Positions 30,455-40,993 of a DNA stretch of 64,000 nt are shown in pieces. How positions within the stretch are numbered: position 1 is the first letter of the stretch; each line of letters begins with the position of its first letter. The position numbers and the translations under genes are program-made. Source of the stretch: Candidatus Sumerlaeota bacterium (GTDB lineage: Bacteria > Sumerlaeota > Sumerlaeia > SLMS01 > JAHLLQ01); the NCBI GenBank assembly GCA_030156535.1, contig JASGMJ010000005.1:104930-168929 (forward strand), given 5' to 3'. The notes below the pieces were generated by a model, which was not told where the DNA came from, did not search any database, and worked only from the letters and a program-made list of their open reading frames with translations.

Positions 30455-31065
30455 GATGCCATCCCCTAGAAGAATGAGTGCGTCCGTCCCGGCCTGCCGG
30501 GAGGCGGACCCGTCCGCGCTGGGGCGGACGGCGTACACTGACTCACTCCTTTGATGGGGAGAAGAACCGGACCGTGCGGCTGGCGCCATTTCATGAACCG
30601 CCGGATGACAGTTCGACTCCCGCTCCCGCGAGCGAGCACGGAACCTGGGGCGGAGAAAGGCGCGGCGTCGGCCGCACAGGGATGGCGTTTGAGGGGGAAC
30701 TTGGGATTCTTTGGGCGGAACCCGGGTACCCATCGCACGACCCTGCCTTTCCCGCGAAGGCTCCAGTCGATGCATTCAACGCCGGTATTCGGCAGGTCTT
30801 CGGACTCGTGGACATTGCGGCCGTCGCCGCTTTCCTACTGGCCGTCGCTTCCCGGCTCCTGGGGAGCCAGTGCTTGTTGACGGCGGTCGTTTCCACTCAC
30901 CGCTGCGGGGCAGTTCCGGATTCTCACCGGATTCCCTCTTTCAACGGGGAAGGCGCCAATGCCGCACTCTTCCCCGTACCGATCCGGCCTTACAGCCGAA
31001 TGCGCGCAGAACGTCCCGCTGCGGTGCGTGCGATGTCAAGCCGACTTCCCGGCACCGGCAGGACA

Positions 31066-31770
31066 TCAGCCACCCGCCACCGACTCCAGATGCAGCGCCA
31101 GCCACCAGAAGCGCAGCGCAAACCACGTCATCACCACGCCGCCCAGCAGCGAAATCGTCCCGAACAGCCTGGGCCCTATCCACCGGCGCCCCGCCGTCAG
31201 AAGCGCCATCAGCGTCAGCACCCACGAAATCGTCCCCAGCCACACGAATAACGTCGCCTGCACGATCTCGCCCGCACCGGGAACCCGACCGGGGAAGAGC
31301 TGGCCCGCGATCGTCATCCAGAACACAAGCGTCATCGGATTCGTCAGCGTGATTCCCACGCCCAGCAAATAGTGGCGCGGCAGCGAGACGCGTGCGCCTC
31401 CGCCGGCTGGGGGGTCTCCGCCGGCAGACACCTTGTCGAACGACGGCAGCGGCTCGGCCGTCCCACGCAGGTACTTCCACGCATCGCGCCCCGCCAGAAA
31501 CGACAGCCAGCCCAGCAGCGCTCCGCCCACCACGAAACACACGAGCAGCACCGCCGGCGACTGCAGGAAGCGCGAAAGCCCGAAGCTGGTCGCCAGCATG
31601 TAGATCGTGTCCGCCGTCGTCGCCCCCAGGCCCACGCACAACCCCGCCGCCAGCCGATGGCGCAGGCTGCGTCGGATGATCTCCAGGTTCACCGGTCCGA
31701 CCGGCGCCGCGACCGCCCAGCCCAACAGATAGGCTTGCAGCAACAGTTCGAGAGGAATCAGGGCGGGCAT
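31066..31770 (-). CDS. LysE/RhtB family amino-acid exporter
   Basis: N-terminal GWAVAAPVGPVNLEIIRRS (GPVN motif), 6 TM helices. ATG at 31770 within ORF 31066..31965. Confidence 0.7.
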   Translation of the reverse strand: MPALIPLELLLQAYLLGWAVAAPVGPVNLEIIRRSLRHRLAAGLCVGLGATTADTIYMLATSFGLSRFLQSPAVLLVCFVVGGALLGWLSFLAGRDAWKYLRGTAEPLPSFDKVSAGGDPPAGGGARVSLPRHYLLGVGITLTNPMTLVFWMTIAGQLFPGRVPGAGEIVQATLFVWLGTISWVLTLMALLTAGRRWIGPRLFGTISLLGGVVMTWFALRFWWLALHLESVAGG

Positions 31771-32036
31771 CGGCAACCTCCGCAAAACGCAACAATGCCG
31801 GGCAGGGTGAGCGGCCGTCCGGCGGAGGGCAACGGCGGGATACCGTGCCGAACGAAGGCCGCTTCCAGCCTGCGCAACGTTTGCACACCCTTCGGGAACT
31901 CTTCTGTGCAATTCATGCCGCCTCCCCGCCCGAAACCCCGCTTTCCCGCGTCCTTTTGCTGTCATGCCTCCTGCTTATGGGAAGGCTGGCACCGCCATGT
32001 GCGGTCCAGACTTCCCCGCTCTCAAGGAGACCTTCG

Positions 32037-32687
32037 ATGCAAGCACGTTGGACCATCCTGGCAGGAGGCGTGGCGCTCATGGCCCTCGCTCTGGCCACCC
32101 CGATGCATGTCGATGCGCAGAATAACCCGGGCCGCCGAGGCGGCCGCGGCAACTTCGACCCCTCTGAAATGTTCGACCGCATGGACATCAACGGTGACGG
32201 CTCGCTCGACGCCACCGAGTTCCGCGGCGGCGAAGAACGTCTGAAGGAAGCTGACACGAACGGCGACGGCAAGGTCTCGAAAGAGGAATTGAGCGCGGCC
32301 TTCCAGGCACGCATGGCAGGCGGCCAGCGCGAGGGCGGCCCCGAAGGCCGGCCCGGCCCCGGAGTGGACCGTTTCAAAGAGGAGCTTGGCCTGAGCGACG
32401 ACGAGTGGGCCGTACTGAAGCCCCGCATCGAGAAAGTCATCGCGCTCCAGAGCGAGATGCGCGGCGGCGGACGCGGCAACACCGCGTCGATGCCCGAAGT
32501 CGAGGCTCTGCGCACCGCGCTCGAGAATCCCGAAGCCACCAACGATGAAATCACCCAGCGCGTGGCCGAACTGCGCAAGGCCCGCGAGGAGAAGCAGGCC
32601 GAACTCAAGACCGCCCGCGAAACGCTGCGCGAACTCCTCACGCCGCGCCAGGAAGCCCTCCTCGTTCTCAACGGTCTCCTCGACTAA
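32037..32687 (+). CDS. Secreted EF-hand calcium-binding protein
   Basis: AAGGAGA before the ATG, a signal peptide, and two canonical EF loops (DINGDGSLDATE and DTNGDGKVSKEE). Confidence 0.7.
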   Translation: MQARWTILAGGVALMALALATPMHVDAQNNPGRRGGRGNFDPSEMFDRMDINGDGSLDATEFRGGEERLKEADTNGDGKVSKEELSAAFQARMAGGQREGGPEGRPGPGVDRFKEELGLSDDEWAVLKPRIEKVIALQSEMRGGGRGNTASMPEVEALRTALENPEATNDEITQRVAELRKAREEKQAELKTARETLRELLTPRQEALLVLNGLLD

Positions 32688-32696
32688 AGCTCAATC

Positions 32697-32724
32697 GTCC
32701 CTTCGGGACTCCGGTTCCTTTTTG
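32697..32724 (+). terminator. Possible terminator or RNA hairpin upstream of gspE
   Basis: GTCCC-TTCG-GGGAC (UUCG tetraloop) followed 9 nt later by TTTTT. An alternative longer pairing with the downstream GGTCCC is also possible. Confidence 0.35.
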
Positions 32725-32797
32725 GGCCGGGGTCCCATGACTGATAGATCGCAACTCAAGCCACAAACAACAAACCACGAACCACGGCCTCAAGCCA

Positions 32798-34486
32798 ATG
32801 TCCGATACCATCACCCGTATGATCGCCGCACGCCAGCTTCTCCAGGCTGACGCACGAGCATTTGCAGACGCACATCCCGGAGTGGAGGAACCGGCGGAAG
32901 AGGAAGTTCTCCGCTGGCTGGCCGAGGAGTATGGCTGCCGCTTCAGCGATCTGACCGACGTCTCCCTCGAACGTGAAACGCTGGCGCTCTTTCCACCTCG
33001 CCTGCTGCTCCGGGAAGAGGTTCTCCCCCTCGTGCGTTCCGGCAATGTCGTCGAAGCAGCAACAAGCAGACTCTTCGCCCCCGAGGCCTTCGAGGGCCTG
33101 CGCCTTGTCACCGGCCTGACGATTCGTCCGGTGCTTGCTCCTTCCACGGCGATTCAACGCGAAATCAAGAAGTGGCTCGGCGTTGGCGCCGACACGATCG
33201 GCTCGATCGAGGAAGAGGAAGGCATCCAGGTCGTCAGCGATTCCGACGAGGACGAGGGCAATCTCGACGAAGCCGCCGAGGACGCCTCGATCATCCGCTT
33301 TGTCAATCAGGTGCTGACCGATGCCATCAACCTGCGGGCCTCCGACATTCACCTCGAACCGTTCGAGGACGAACTGCGGCTGCGCTACCGCGTCGATGGC
33401 GTCCTGCAGGAAATCCCCGTTCCCGCCAGTCTGAAACGCTTTCAGCCTGCCATCGTCTCGCGCATCAAAATTTTGAGTCACCTGGACATCGCGGAGAAAC
33501 GCCTGCCGCAGGACGGCCGCATCAAGATCCGCCTGGAGCAGCAGGAAGTCGACGTCCGCGTGTCCCTGATCCCCATGATCCACGGCGAAGGCGTCGTCAT
33601 GCGCCTGTTGCGCCAGGATCGCTCGCTCCAGTCCGTCGCCGATCTTGGCATGGCACCACACACCGAGGAGACCTTCCGCACGTTGCTGCGGCTGTCCCAC
33701 GGCATCGTACTCGTGACGGGGCCGACGGGGAGCGGCAAGTCCACCACGCTCTATTCCGCACTCACGGAAATCAACGACAGCATCCGCAAGATCATCACGA
33801 TCGAAGATCCCGTTGAGTACCACATCAAGGGCATCAACCAGATTCAGGTGAGCGAGAAGACCGGAATGACGTTCGCGCGTGGGCTGCGCTCGATCCTGCG
33901 TCACGATCCCGACGTGGTGCTTGTCGGCGAAATCCGCGACGCGGAAACGGCGCGCATCGCCGTGCAGGCATCGCTCACCGGGCACCTGGTTTTCTCCACG
34001 CTGCACACGAACGACGCGCCCACCGCTCCGACGCGCCTGGCCGACATGGGCATCGAGCCGTACCTCGTGGCCTCGTCACTCGAAGGCATTCTGGCCCAGC
34101 GTCTCGTGCGTGTTCTGTGCATGGAGTGCCGCGTCGAGGATCACAGCAGCGCCAGCGCCGCCTTCCGGAGCCAGATCGGCATGCCCGCCGGAGCGCACGT
34201 TTATGCTCCCGGCGGCTGCGAGCGTTGCCGCAAGACGGGGTTCTTTGGCCGGCGCGGCATCTTCGAGATGGTGCGCATCGACGACGAGTTTCGCGAACTG
34301 ATCCTGCGCACAAACTCGGCGCCTGCCCTTCGCGCGGAAGCACGCCGCAAGGGTATGCAGACGCTGGCCGAGGACGGCTGGCGGCTCGTTGCGCAGGGAG
34401 TCACTTCCCTCGACGAGGTTCTTCGTGTCAGCCAGGCGGACATCAGTTCGCTCGAGGCACTCCCAAACGGACATGGGGGCAAGTAG
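32798..34486 (+). CDS. gspE: Type II secretion / type IV pilus ATPase GspE/PilB family
   Basis: N-terminal GspE_N domain, Walker A GPTGSGKST, and the Asp/His boxes. C-terminal tetracysteine CMECRV...CERCRKTG. Confidence 0.9.
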   Translation: MSDTITRMIAARQLLQADARAFADAHPGVEEPAEEEVLRWLAEEYGCRFSDLTDVSLERETLALFPPRLLLREEVLPLVRSGNVVEAATSRLFAPEAFEGLRLVTGLTIRPVLAPSTAIQREIKKWLGVGADTIGSIEEEEGIQVVSDSDEDEGNLDEAAEDASIIRFVNQVLTDAINLRASDIHLEPFEDELRLRYRVDGVLQEIPVPASLKRFQPAIVSRIKILSHLDIAEKRLPQDGRIKIRLEQQEVDVRVSLIPMIHGEGVVMRLLRQDRSLQSVADLGMAPHTEETFRTLLRLSHGIVLVTGPTGSGKSTTLYSALTEINDSIRKIITIEDPVEYHIKGINQIQVSEKTGMTFARGLRSILRHDPDVVLVGEIRDAETARIAVQASLTGHLVFSTLHTNDAPTAPTRLADMGIEPYLVASSLEGILAQRLVRVLCMECRVEDHSSASAAFRSQIGMPAGAHVYAPGGCERCRKTGFFGRRGIFEMVRIDDEFRELILRTNSAPALRAEARRKGMQTLAEDGWRLVAQGVTSLDEVLRVSQADISSLEALPNGHGGK

Positions 34487-34489
34487 CTC

Positions 34490-35722
34490 ATGGGAGTCTT
34501 CGTCTACAAGGCGTTCAGCGAAACGGGGCAGATGACCGAGGGGCGCGTCGATGCTCCCGGCCGCCGCGAAGCGCTGCGGCTTCTTGAAGAACGCGGCCTG
34601 CGCCCCGTGCGCGTGGAGGATGCGGCGGGGCGTCCAGCCGAAAGCGAAACGGGTGGGTGGGATCCGTTGGCGATGCTGCGCGGACGCGTCACCGCGCGCG
34701 ACCGCGAACAGTTCACGCGCCAGCTTGCCAGCCTTCTCGCCGCCGGTGTTTCCCTCAGCCGTGCGTTGCAGATTCTTTCGCGCGAAAGCTCGCGCCCTCT
34801 CATTGCCGCGCGGTGGAAACGCCTGCGCGAGATGGTGGTCGATGGCATGTCGCTGGCCGATGCGATGGCACGCCAGCCCGACGTTTTCCCGCGGATCGAC
34901 ACGGCCATGGTGCGCGCGGGTGAAACGGGCGGCTTCCTGCCGCTGGTTCTCGGGCAGGTGGCGGATTTTCAGTCGCGCGACCGCGAAGTGCGTTCGCGTC
35001 TCGTGTCGGCGATGACGTACCCGGCGGTGCTGATGGCGCTGACCGTGGCGGTGGTCATCTTCCTGATGACGTTCTTCATTCCGCGTTTCCAGACGATGTT
35101 CGAAGGACTGGGCGCGCCGTTGCCGTTGCTGACGCGGGCAATCATCGCGGCGAGCGAAGGCGTGCGCGACTGGGGACTGGTCGTGGCGGCGGTGCTGGTG
35201 ATTGCGCTGGTGGCCGCGCGGCAATGGATCGCATCGCCGGCGGGGCGGCGTTCCTGGCAGACCTTCGCCCTGCGCATGCCGCTCTTCGGTTCGCTCGCGG
35301 CACGTTTCGCCGCCACGCGCTTCTGCCGGATGCTCGGGACGCTCAGCCGCTCGGGCGTCGAACTCATCACGGCGTTGCAGGTTTCGCGCGAATCGCTCGG
35401 CAATCAGGTGCTGATCGACACGCTGACATCCTCCATCGAAAACGTGCGCAAGGGCGAGTCGCTGGCGCGCAGCCTGGCCGCCTGCGAGCGCCTGTTCCCC
35501 CCTTCGACGATCGAGATGATCGCCGTGGCCGAGGAATCCAGCCGCCTCGATCAGGAACTCGTGCGCATCGCCGAGGAATCCGAGAAGGATCTCGACGGGC
35601 AACTGCGGCTCGCCGTCGCCCTCGCCGAGCCGGCCTTGCTCTTCGTGATGGCGGCGGTCATCGGCACGATTTTTATCGGCATGGTCCTGCCGATCTTCAC
35701 CATCCAGGACTACATCAAATAA
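34490..35722 (+). CDS. gspF: Type II secretion system platform protein GspF/PilC family
   Basis: Two T2SSF repeats and 3 TM helices; begins 4 nt after the gspE stop. Confidence 0.9.
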   Translation: MGVFVYKAFSETGQMTEGRVDAPGRREALRLLEERGLRPVRVEDAAGRPAESETGGWDPLAMLRGRVTARDREQFTRQLASLLAAGVSLSRALQILSRESSRPLIAARWKRLREMVVDGMSLADAMARQPDVFPRIDTAMVRAGETGGFLPLVLGQVADFQSRDREVRSRLVSAMTYPAVLMALTVAVVIFLMTFFIPRFQTMFEGLGAPLPLLTRAIIAASEGVRDWGLVVAAVLVIALVAARQWIASPAGRRSWQTFALRMPLFGSLAARFAATRFCRMLGTLSRSGVELITALQVSRESLGNQVLIDTLTSSIENVRKGESLARSLAACERLFPPSTIEMIAVAEESSRLDQELVRIAEESEKDLDGQLRLAVALAEPALLFVMAAVIGTIFIGMVLPIFTIQDYIK

Positions 35723-35745
35723 CCCTCGGAAGAAGGAGTGGCACC

Positions 35746-36174
35746 ATGAGTCTGTTGCATCGCACCACGCGCGTTTCGCGGCGGGCCTTCTCGCTCGTCG
35801 AAATGCTTCTGGTCCTCGTGATCCTCGCGACGCTGGCGGCGATCGTGATTCCGCGCTTTGCGGGACGCAGCGAGCAGGCCAAGGAAACCGCCGCCAAGAC
35901 GCAGATCAGCGCGCTTTCCACCGCACTCGATTCCTTCGAGGTCGACAACGGCTACTTCCCCAGCAGCAGCGACGGTCTCAACGAACTCATCGTGCAACCC
36001 GATGGCGCAACGAACTGGCGCGGGCCCTACATGAAGCAGGGAATCCCCAATGATCCCTGGGGCGCGGCCTACCTGTACGAATATCCCGGCACGAACAACG
36101 CCGACGGATACGACCTCTCCTCGATGGGGCCGGACGGCCGCGCGGGCACGGAAGACGACATCACGAATTGGTAG
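35746..36174 (+). CDS. gspG: Major pseudopilin GspG
   Basis: GAAGGAG before the ATG. Prepilin leader and helix RRAFSLVEMLLVLVILATLAAIVIPRFAG. GspG signature QISALSTALDSFEVDNGYFPSS. Confidence 0.85.
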   Translation: MSLLHRTTRVSRRAFSLVEMLLVLVILATLAAIVIPRFAGRSEQAKETAAKTQISALSTALDSFEVDNGYFPSSSDGLNELIVQPDGATNWRGPYMKQGIPNDPWGAAYLYEYPGTNNADGYDLSSMGPDGRAGTEDDITNW

Positions 36175-36183
36175 GCGAAAGCA

Positions 36184-36675
36184 ATGACTCGGCGGCAACA
36201 CATCGCGGCACGCGGGCAAGAGGGCTTCACGCTGATGGAGCTGATGGTGGTGCTCGCCCTGCTGTCGGTGATCGCGGCGCTCGTTGCTCCGCAGCTTCGC
36301 GGTTTTGTCACCGGGCGCGCGAGCACCGAGGAGTGCCGCCGCTTTGCCGCACTTACCGAGTACGCGCGCGAGCACGCCATCGGCAACGCCGTGCGTGTGG
36401 CGCTCTGGGTTGACGAGGACGGCGATTCCTATGGCCTGCGCGACACGCGCACCTCGCGCGACATCTATACGTACCAAACCGCGACCGGCCTGACGATCAC
36501 GCCCTTCGACGAGGAAGGGGAAGCCCTTGAGGAGGATACGGAACTCGTGATCTGGCCGGATGGCGAAATCGACTTCGAAAGTCCCGCTTCCTACCACATC
36601 GACGAGAAGGGAACGACGGTCTTCGTCATTGAGCTGAACGAGAACGGAACGCGCTACGAGGTGACGACGCCATGA
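36184..36675 (+). CDS. Minor pseudopilin, GspH-like
   Basis: Class III signal G-FTLMELMVVLALL; size and operon position match GspH. Confidence 0.6.
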   Translation: MTRRQHIAARGQEGFTLMELMVVLALLSVIAALVAPQLRGFVTGRASTEECRRFAALTEYAREHAIGNAVRVALWVDEDGDSYGLRDTRTSRDIYTYQTATGLTITPFDEEGEALEEDTELVIWPDGEIDFESPASYHIDEKGTTVFVIELNENGTRYEVTTP

Positions 36676-37058
36676 GACTCGCGCTCCATCCACGCGGAAT
36701 GACGTTCGTCGAGCTCCTTGCCTCGATGCTGCTGCTCTCCATCGTGCTGCCCGTCACGGTCGGCGCGATTCTGTACGCGAACCGTACCTCCTCCATGGCC
36801 GTGCGCAAACGCGACGCGGCGTTCCTGGCCGACCAGATTCTCCAGGAAGTCATCGGCACGGAGTCGTGGGAGGATGGCGATCAGAGCGGCGAGTTCGAGG
36901 ACGACTTTGCGGGATGGACCTGGGAGATGACCGTTTCGTCATGGGACGTCGAAGCCATGCAGCAGGTCGACGTCACGGTGTTCTATCCCGTGCAGGGCAC
37001 GACATACTCCGAAACGCTCACACGCCTTGTGATGGCGGAGGAGGAAGAGGAGTCGTGA
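36672..37058 (+). CDS. Minor pseudopilin, GspI-like
   Basis: G-MTFVELLASMLLL prepilin motif. The ATGA start overlaps the upstream stop. Confidence 0.55.
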   Translation: MRLALHPRGMTFVELLASMLLLSIVLPVTVGAILYANRTSSMAVRKRDAAFLADQILQEVIGTESWEDGDQSGEFEDDFAGWTWEMTVSSWDVEAMQQVDVTVFYPVQGTTYSETLTRLVMAEEEEES

Positions 37059-37738
37059 AACGCACCCGTGGCTTCACGCTGATTGAGACGCTGCTCGCGC
37101 TGGGCATCGCCGCCACTCTGCTGGCCGCGGCGGTCTCCGTGCTCTTCGGTGCGGTGCGGATGCGCAGCGCGGCGGCCGAGCTCTCCGAGGAGAAGGGCGG
37201 CACACATCGCATTGCTTCCGTGATTCGCAGCGACCTCCAGAACGCGGTGGTGCCCGCCGGATTGCTCGCGGGCACGATGCTCCTGGAGTCCGACGGCTCC
37301 GAAGACACCGCGATGGACACACTGGAATTTTACACCGCCTCAGGAACATTGAACGACAGCGAACCCTGGGCTGACATCCGCCGCGTGGAGTACCTCCTCG
37401 ACACCGAGAGCGAAAGCGCGACCGGCGGGGCCTATCCGTTCATCCGCCGCGAAACGGTGAACCTGCTCGCCTCCACCGAGGACGACGAGGACACGCGCGA
37501 CACCGTGCTGCTTGCCGAAGCAACCGGCCTTTCCATCGAGTGCTTCGACGGCGAGGTCTGGTCGGAAACGTGGGACTCCACGGTGGTCGAAAACGAAAAC
37601 CCGGTTCTCGTGAGTCTGACCGTGACACCCGCCGAGGGCAATTCCCTGGTTTTTCTTCAGCATCTGACGACTCAGCCCCGCCCCACTGCCACGGCAGCGG
37701 CAGCGGCTCCATCCCAACAAACGGGAGATGAGCCATGA
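37055..37738 (+). CDS. Minor pseudopilin, GspJ-like
   Basis: GTG start overlapping the upstream TGA and preceded by GGAGGAGGAAGAGGAG. Prepilin motif G-FTLIETLLALGIA. Confidence 0.55.
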   Translation: MKRTRGFTLIETLLALGIAATLLAAAVSVLFGAVRMRSAAAELSEEKGGTHRIASVIRSDLQNAVVPAGLLAGTMLLESDGSEDTAMDTLEFYTASGTLNDSEPWADIRRVEYLLDTESESATGGAYPFIRRETVNLLASTEDDEDTRDTVLLAEATGLSIECFDGEVWSETWDSTVVENENPVLVSLTVTPAEGNSLVFLQHLTTQPRPTATAAAAAPSQQTGDEP

Positions 37739-39072
37739 TGCCGCGCCGCCGCCGTGCCATTGTCTTTGTCGTGCTTCTCTGGGTCATCTCCACGATGGTT
37801 TCCACGGCAATCTACTTTGGTCATTCCGCCCGCATGGCCTACCTCGCGAGCGAGAACAGCGTCGCCGGTCTTCAGGCGGTGCATGCCATCGACTCCGCCA
37901 TCGAGTACGTGCGCTTTGCACTCGAAACCATCGACGAAACCGGCAAAGTGCCGGACCTCGAAGAGGAGGGGTACGCCGTCGAGAACGTTGCTGTCGGTGA
38001 AGCGCACTTCTGGCTGCTTGGCATGGATCATGACGCCCTCCAGACACCGACGGAGTTGACCTTCAGTCTCGTCGATGAAGCATCGAAACTGAACATCAAC
38101 ACAGCGGAACTTGAAATGCTCGAAGCGCTCCCCGATATGACGGCTGAGTTCGCCGCCGCCATCGTGGACTGGCGCGACGAGGACAGCGACCTCACCACCA
38201 ACGGCGCCGAGTCCCAGGACTACCTCCTTCTCGACACGCCGTACCTTTGCAAGGATGCGCCCTTCGAAAGCGTCGAGGAATTGCGCCTCGTCCAGGGCGC
38301 CGATCTTACCCTGCTCTTCGGGGAGGATGAAAACCGCAACGGTATCCTCGATCCCAACGAGGACGACGGCGACGAACTGTGGCCGCCCGACGACGCCGAC
38401 GGCCAACTCGACACCGGGATCGTGCGTTTTCTGACGGCGCATTCACGCGAACCGAACACGCGCGATGACGGCAGCGCGAAGGTGAACCTCAGGGGGGAGT
38501 CTGCGCGCGTTGATCTGCAACAGCTTCTTATCGAAACCCTCGGCCAGAGCGTTGCCGACCGGGTGATGGAAAGCCTTGGTCCCGAGCTCACCGATGTCGG
38601 CAGTCCGCTGGAGTTCTACCAACTCAGTGGCCTCTCGGCGACAGAGTTCGCGCAGATCGAGGACGCCCTCACGATTGAGAGTGGCGATTACCGTACGGGT
38701 CTCGTGAACGTGGCGACGGCACCGAGTGAAGTGCTCGCGTGCCTGCCCGGTATGACGTCGGAGAAGGCGATTGAACTCGTTGAAGCAAGAGCATCCCTCG
38801 ACGAAACCACACTCGAAAGCACCGCCTGGCTGACCACCGTCCTCGACGCGGACACCGTCGCACTGGTGGGTCCGTTCGTCACGAGCCGCTCCTATCAGTT
38901 CGGCCTCGACATCGCCGCAACGGGACGGAACGGGCGCGGCGTGCGCCGCACGTTCGCGGTGCTCGACGTGGAGGACGAGGCGCGGGTGATTTACCGACGC
39001 GATCTGGCCCGCGCCGGATGGCCACTGGACGACGACACCATGGCGGCACTGCGCGAAGGGACGGAACAATGA
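37735..39072 (+). CDS. gspK: Minor pseudopilin GspK
   Basis: N-terminal hydrophobic helix lacking Glu5. The GspK-characteristic KLNINTA motif is present, plus an acidic calcium-site-like region. Confidence 0.7.
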   Translation: MMPRRRRAIVFVVLLWVISTMVSTAIYFGHSARMAYLASENSVAGLQAVHAIDSAIEYVRFALETIDETGKVPDLEEEGYAVENVAVGEAHFWLLGMDHDALQTPTELTFSLVDEASKLNINTAELEMLEALPDMTAEFAAAIVDWRDEDSDLTTNGAESQDYLLLDTPYLCKDAPFESVEELRLVQGADLTLLFGEDENRNGILDPNEDDGDELWPPDDADGQLDTGIVRFLTAHSREPNTRDDGSAKVNLRGESARVDLQQLLIETLGQSVADRVMESLGPELTDVGSPLEFYQLSGLSATEFAQIEDALTIESGDYRTGLVNVATAPSEVLACLPGMTSEKAIELVEARASLDETTLESTAWLTTVLDADTVALVGPFVTSRSYQFGLDIAATGRNGRGVRRTFAVLDVEDEARVIYRRDLARAGWPLDDDTMAALREGTEQ

Positions 39073-40463
39073 CTGGAAGCATGACGCCCATGCGACGCAA
39101 GAACTCGCGCCTGCTGGTTATCGAGCTTCGGCCCGGCTGGGTGCGGGCCACCGAATGCCACGCGGGAAACACAACGGACGCTCCATTGCGCTCGGTTATG
39201 GGCGAACTCTCGTGTGATCCCTTTGGGGGCGATCCCGAAACGGCGGGAGCGGAAATTCGTCTCTTGCTGGAACAGGGTGGTCTTCGCCCTGGCGCTGCCA
39301 TCGTCACGGTGCCCATGGCATGGACGATGACGCACGCCTTCGAAGCCCCCGAGCTTTCCGCCGAGGATTTTGCCAGTCTCCTGGAACTCGAAGCAGAAAA
39401 GGCGTTCCCCTACCCGCCGGAGGACATGGTCCTCTCGCAGACGCGCTGCACGCGCGCGGACGCACCGGATATCGCCATTGCCGCGGCCATGCCGACAGCG
39501 AAGCTCGACGCGCTCGAAGCCGTTCTGCGCGCTGCCCACATCGCGCCTTTGGCCATCGTTCCCGCCTGCGTCCATGCACACGGCGAAGCCGCCAATGGCG
39601 TGTCCCTCATCGCCGAAGGGCACGACCTGGTGCTTTGCATCGCGTCGGACGGCGGGTTGCTGGCCCTGCGCGTTCTCTGCAAGATGGAACCCGGCGCGGG
39701 CATCGAGGACGAAGCACTGCGTGCCGACATTCTCAGGGAACTGCGCGTGGCCCTGCGCACGCTGCCCGAGGAATTGGCGGAAGCGAGGACAACCGTTGCG
39801 GTTCACGCGCCGCTGGAACTTGCCGCACGCCTCGCCGAGCAGCTTGGCCCGCAGGCCGGACGCATGGGCATTTCCGTCAAGGCCGTGCCATCGCCACCCG
39901 ACGAAATTGCAAGGAGGCTTTCCGCCGCCGCTTTTGAGGGCCAGGCGTTGACGGTCAATTTCCTCCGTCCCCGCATTACGCGCTGGCAACGGCACCTGGC
40001 ATCAATGCGCCGCAAGGGCTTCGTCGTCCGCGCCGCGATCGTGGGCGCCTCGCTTCTTGCCATAGCCGTGCTCGTCTTCGCCGCACACACGTGGCGGGCA
40101 CGTTATCTCGATGCGAAGTGGCTCGCCATGCGCGACGGCGTTGCCAGCGTCGAAAGCTATGAGAAGGACATCCGCGCATGGCGTCCGTGGAACGATGCGA
40201 GCGCACCAAGCCTCGACCTGCTCAAGAGCATCACCGAGGCCTTTCCGGTATCCGGCGAAGTAACCGCGAGCACGCTGCACATTAAGGACCAAACGACGGT
40301 GACCTGCACGGGCACGGCAACGTCGGCGAGTAGTTTCAGCCGATTCCAGGAAGCGCTCGGCGCACGCCCGGGAGTCTCCAACTTGAAAGTGCAACAAATG
40401 CGGGGAGACTCACCCGTTCAGTTCAGCCTGTCGTTTACGTGGAACCCCAGGGGGAAGACATGA
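39069..40463 (+). CDS. T2SS inner-membrane component, GspL / PilM-PilN-like (actin-fold N-domain + TM + periplasmic domain)
   Basis: ATGA overlap with gspK. A cytoplasmic actin-like domain is followed by the TM segment VVRAAIVGASLLAIAVLVFAA and a periplasmic C-terminal region. Confidence 0.55.
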   Translation: MTGSMTPMRRKNSRLLVIELRPGWVRATECHAGNTTDAPLRSVMGELSCDPFGGDPETAGAEIRLLLEQGGLRPGAAIVTVPMAWTMTHAFEAPELSAEDFASLLELEAEKAFPYPPEDMVLSQTRCTRADAPDIAIAAAMPTAKLDALEAVLRAAHIAPLAIVPACVHAHGEAANGVSLIAEGHDLVLCIASDGGLLALRVLCKMEPGAGIEDEALRADILRELRVALRTLPEELAEARTTVAVHAPLELAARLAEQLGPQAGRMGISVKAVPSPPDEIARRLSAAAFEGQALTVNFLRPRITRWQRHLASMRRKGFVVRAAIVGASLLAIAVLVFAAHTWRARYLDAKWLAMRDGVASVESYEKDIRAWRPWNDASAPSLDLLKSITEAFPVSGEVTASTLHIKDQTTVTCTGTATSASSFSRFQEALGARPGVSNLKVQQMRGDSPVQFSLSFTWNPRGKT

Positions 40464-40993
40464 GAGCGGACAAACGCCGACGGCTTCTGCTGATACTCGC
40501 CGCCTGTGGATTGGGCGTGCTGCTGCTCGACGCAGTTGTCGTGCGACCCTTGCTTGCCATTTGGGACAAGCAGGCGGCGCGCATCGTGCAACGCACGCAG
40601 GACATCGAGCGCGGCACCGCCCTTCTCGAACGAGAGGAAGACATCGCCGCGCGCTGGAAGGAAATGCGCGAGAGTTCGCTTCCCGCCGACACGGCGCGAG
40701 CCGAGGCACTCGTGCTCGATGCCATGACGAAGTGGGCGTCAGCCAGCGGCCTGAGCATTTCAAGCGTCCGCCCCCGGTGGGTCGAGATGAAGGACGTGGG
40801 CGACCGCTTCGAGATTCGCCTCTCGGCGGAAGGCGACATCGCGGCGCTGACGCGCTTTCTCTTTGAACTGGAAACCGCCAAGCTCCCGCTCTATCTCGAC
40901 GAAACACAGATTCGCGCACGCGACGAAAACGGCAGGAGCCTGGGAGTGGATCTCGTTTTCTCCGCGCTGCGCATCGAGGGGGCAAATACATGA
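40460..40993 (+). CDS. T2SS GspM/PilO-like bitopic protein
   Basis: ATGA overlap with the upstream gene. Short cytoplasmic N-terminus, a single TM (LLLILAACGLGVLLL) and a periplasmic ferredoxin-like region. Confidence 0.5.
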   Translation: MRADKRRRLLLILAACGLGVLLLDAVVVRPLLAIWDKQAARIVQRTQDIERGTALLEREEDIAARWKEMRESSLPADTARAEALVLDAMTKWASASGLSISSVRPRWVEMKDVGDRFEIRLSAEGDIAALTRFLFELETAKLPLYLDETQIRARDENGRSLGVDLVFSALRIEGANT

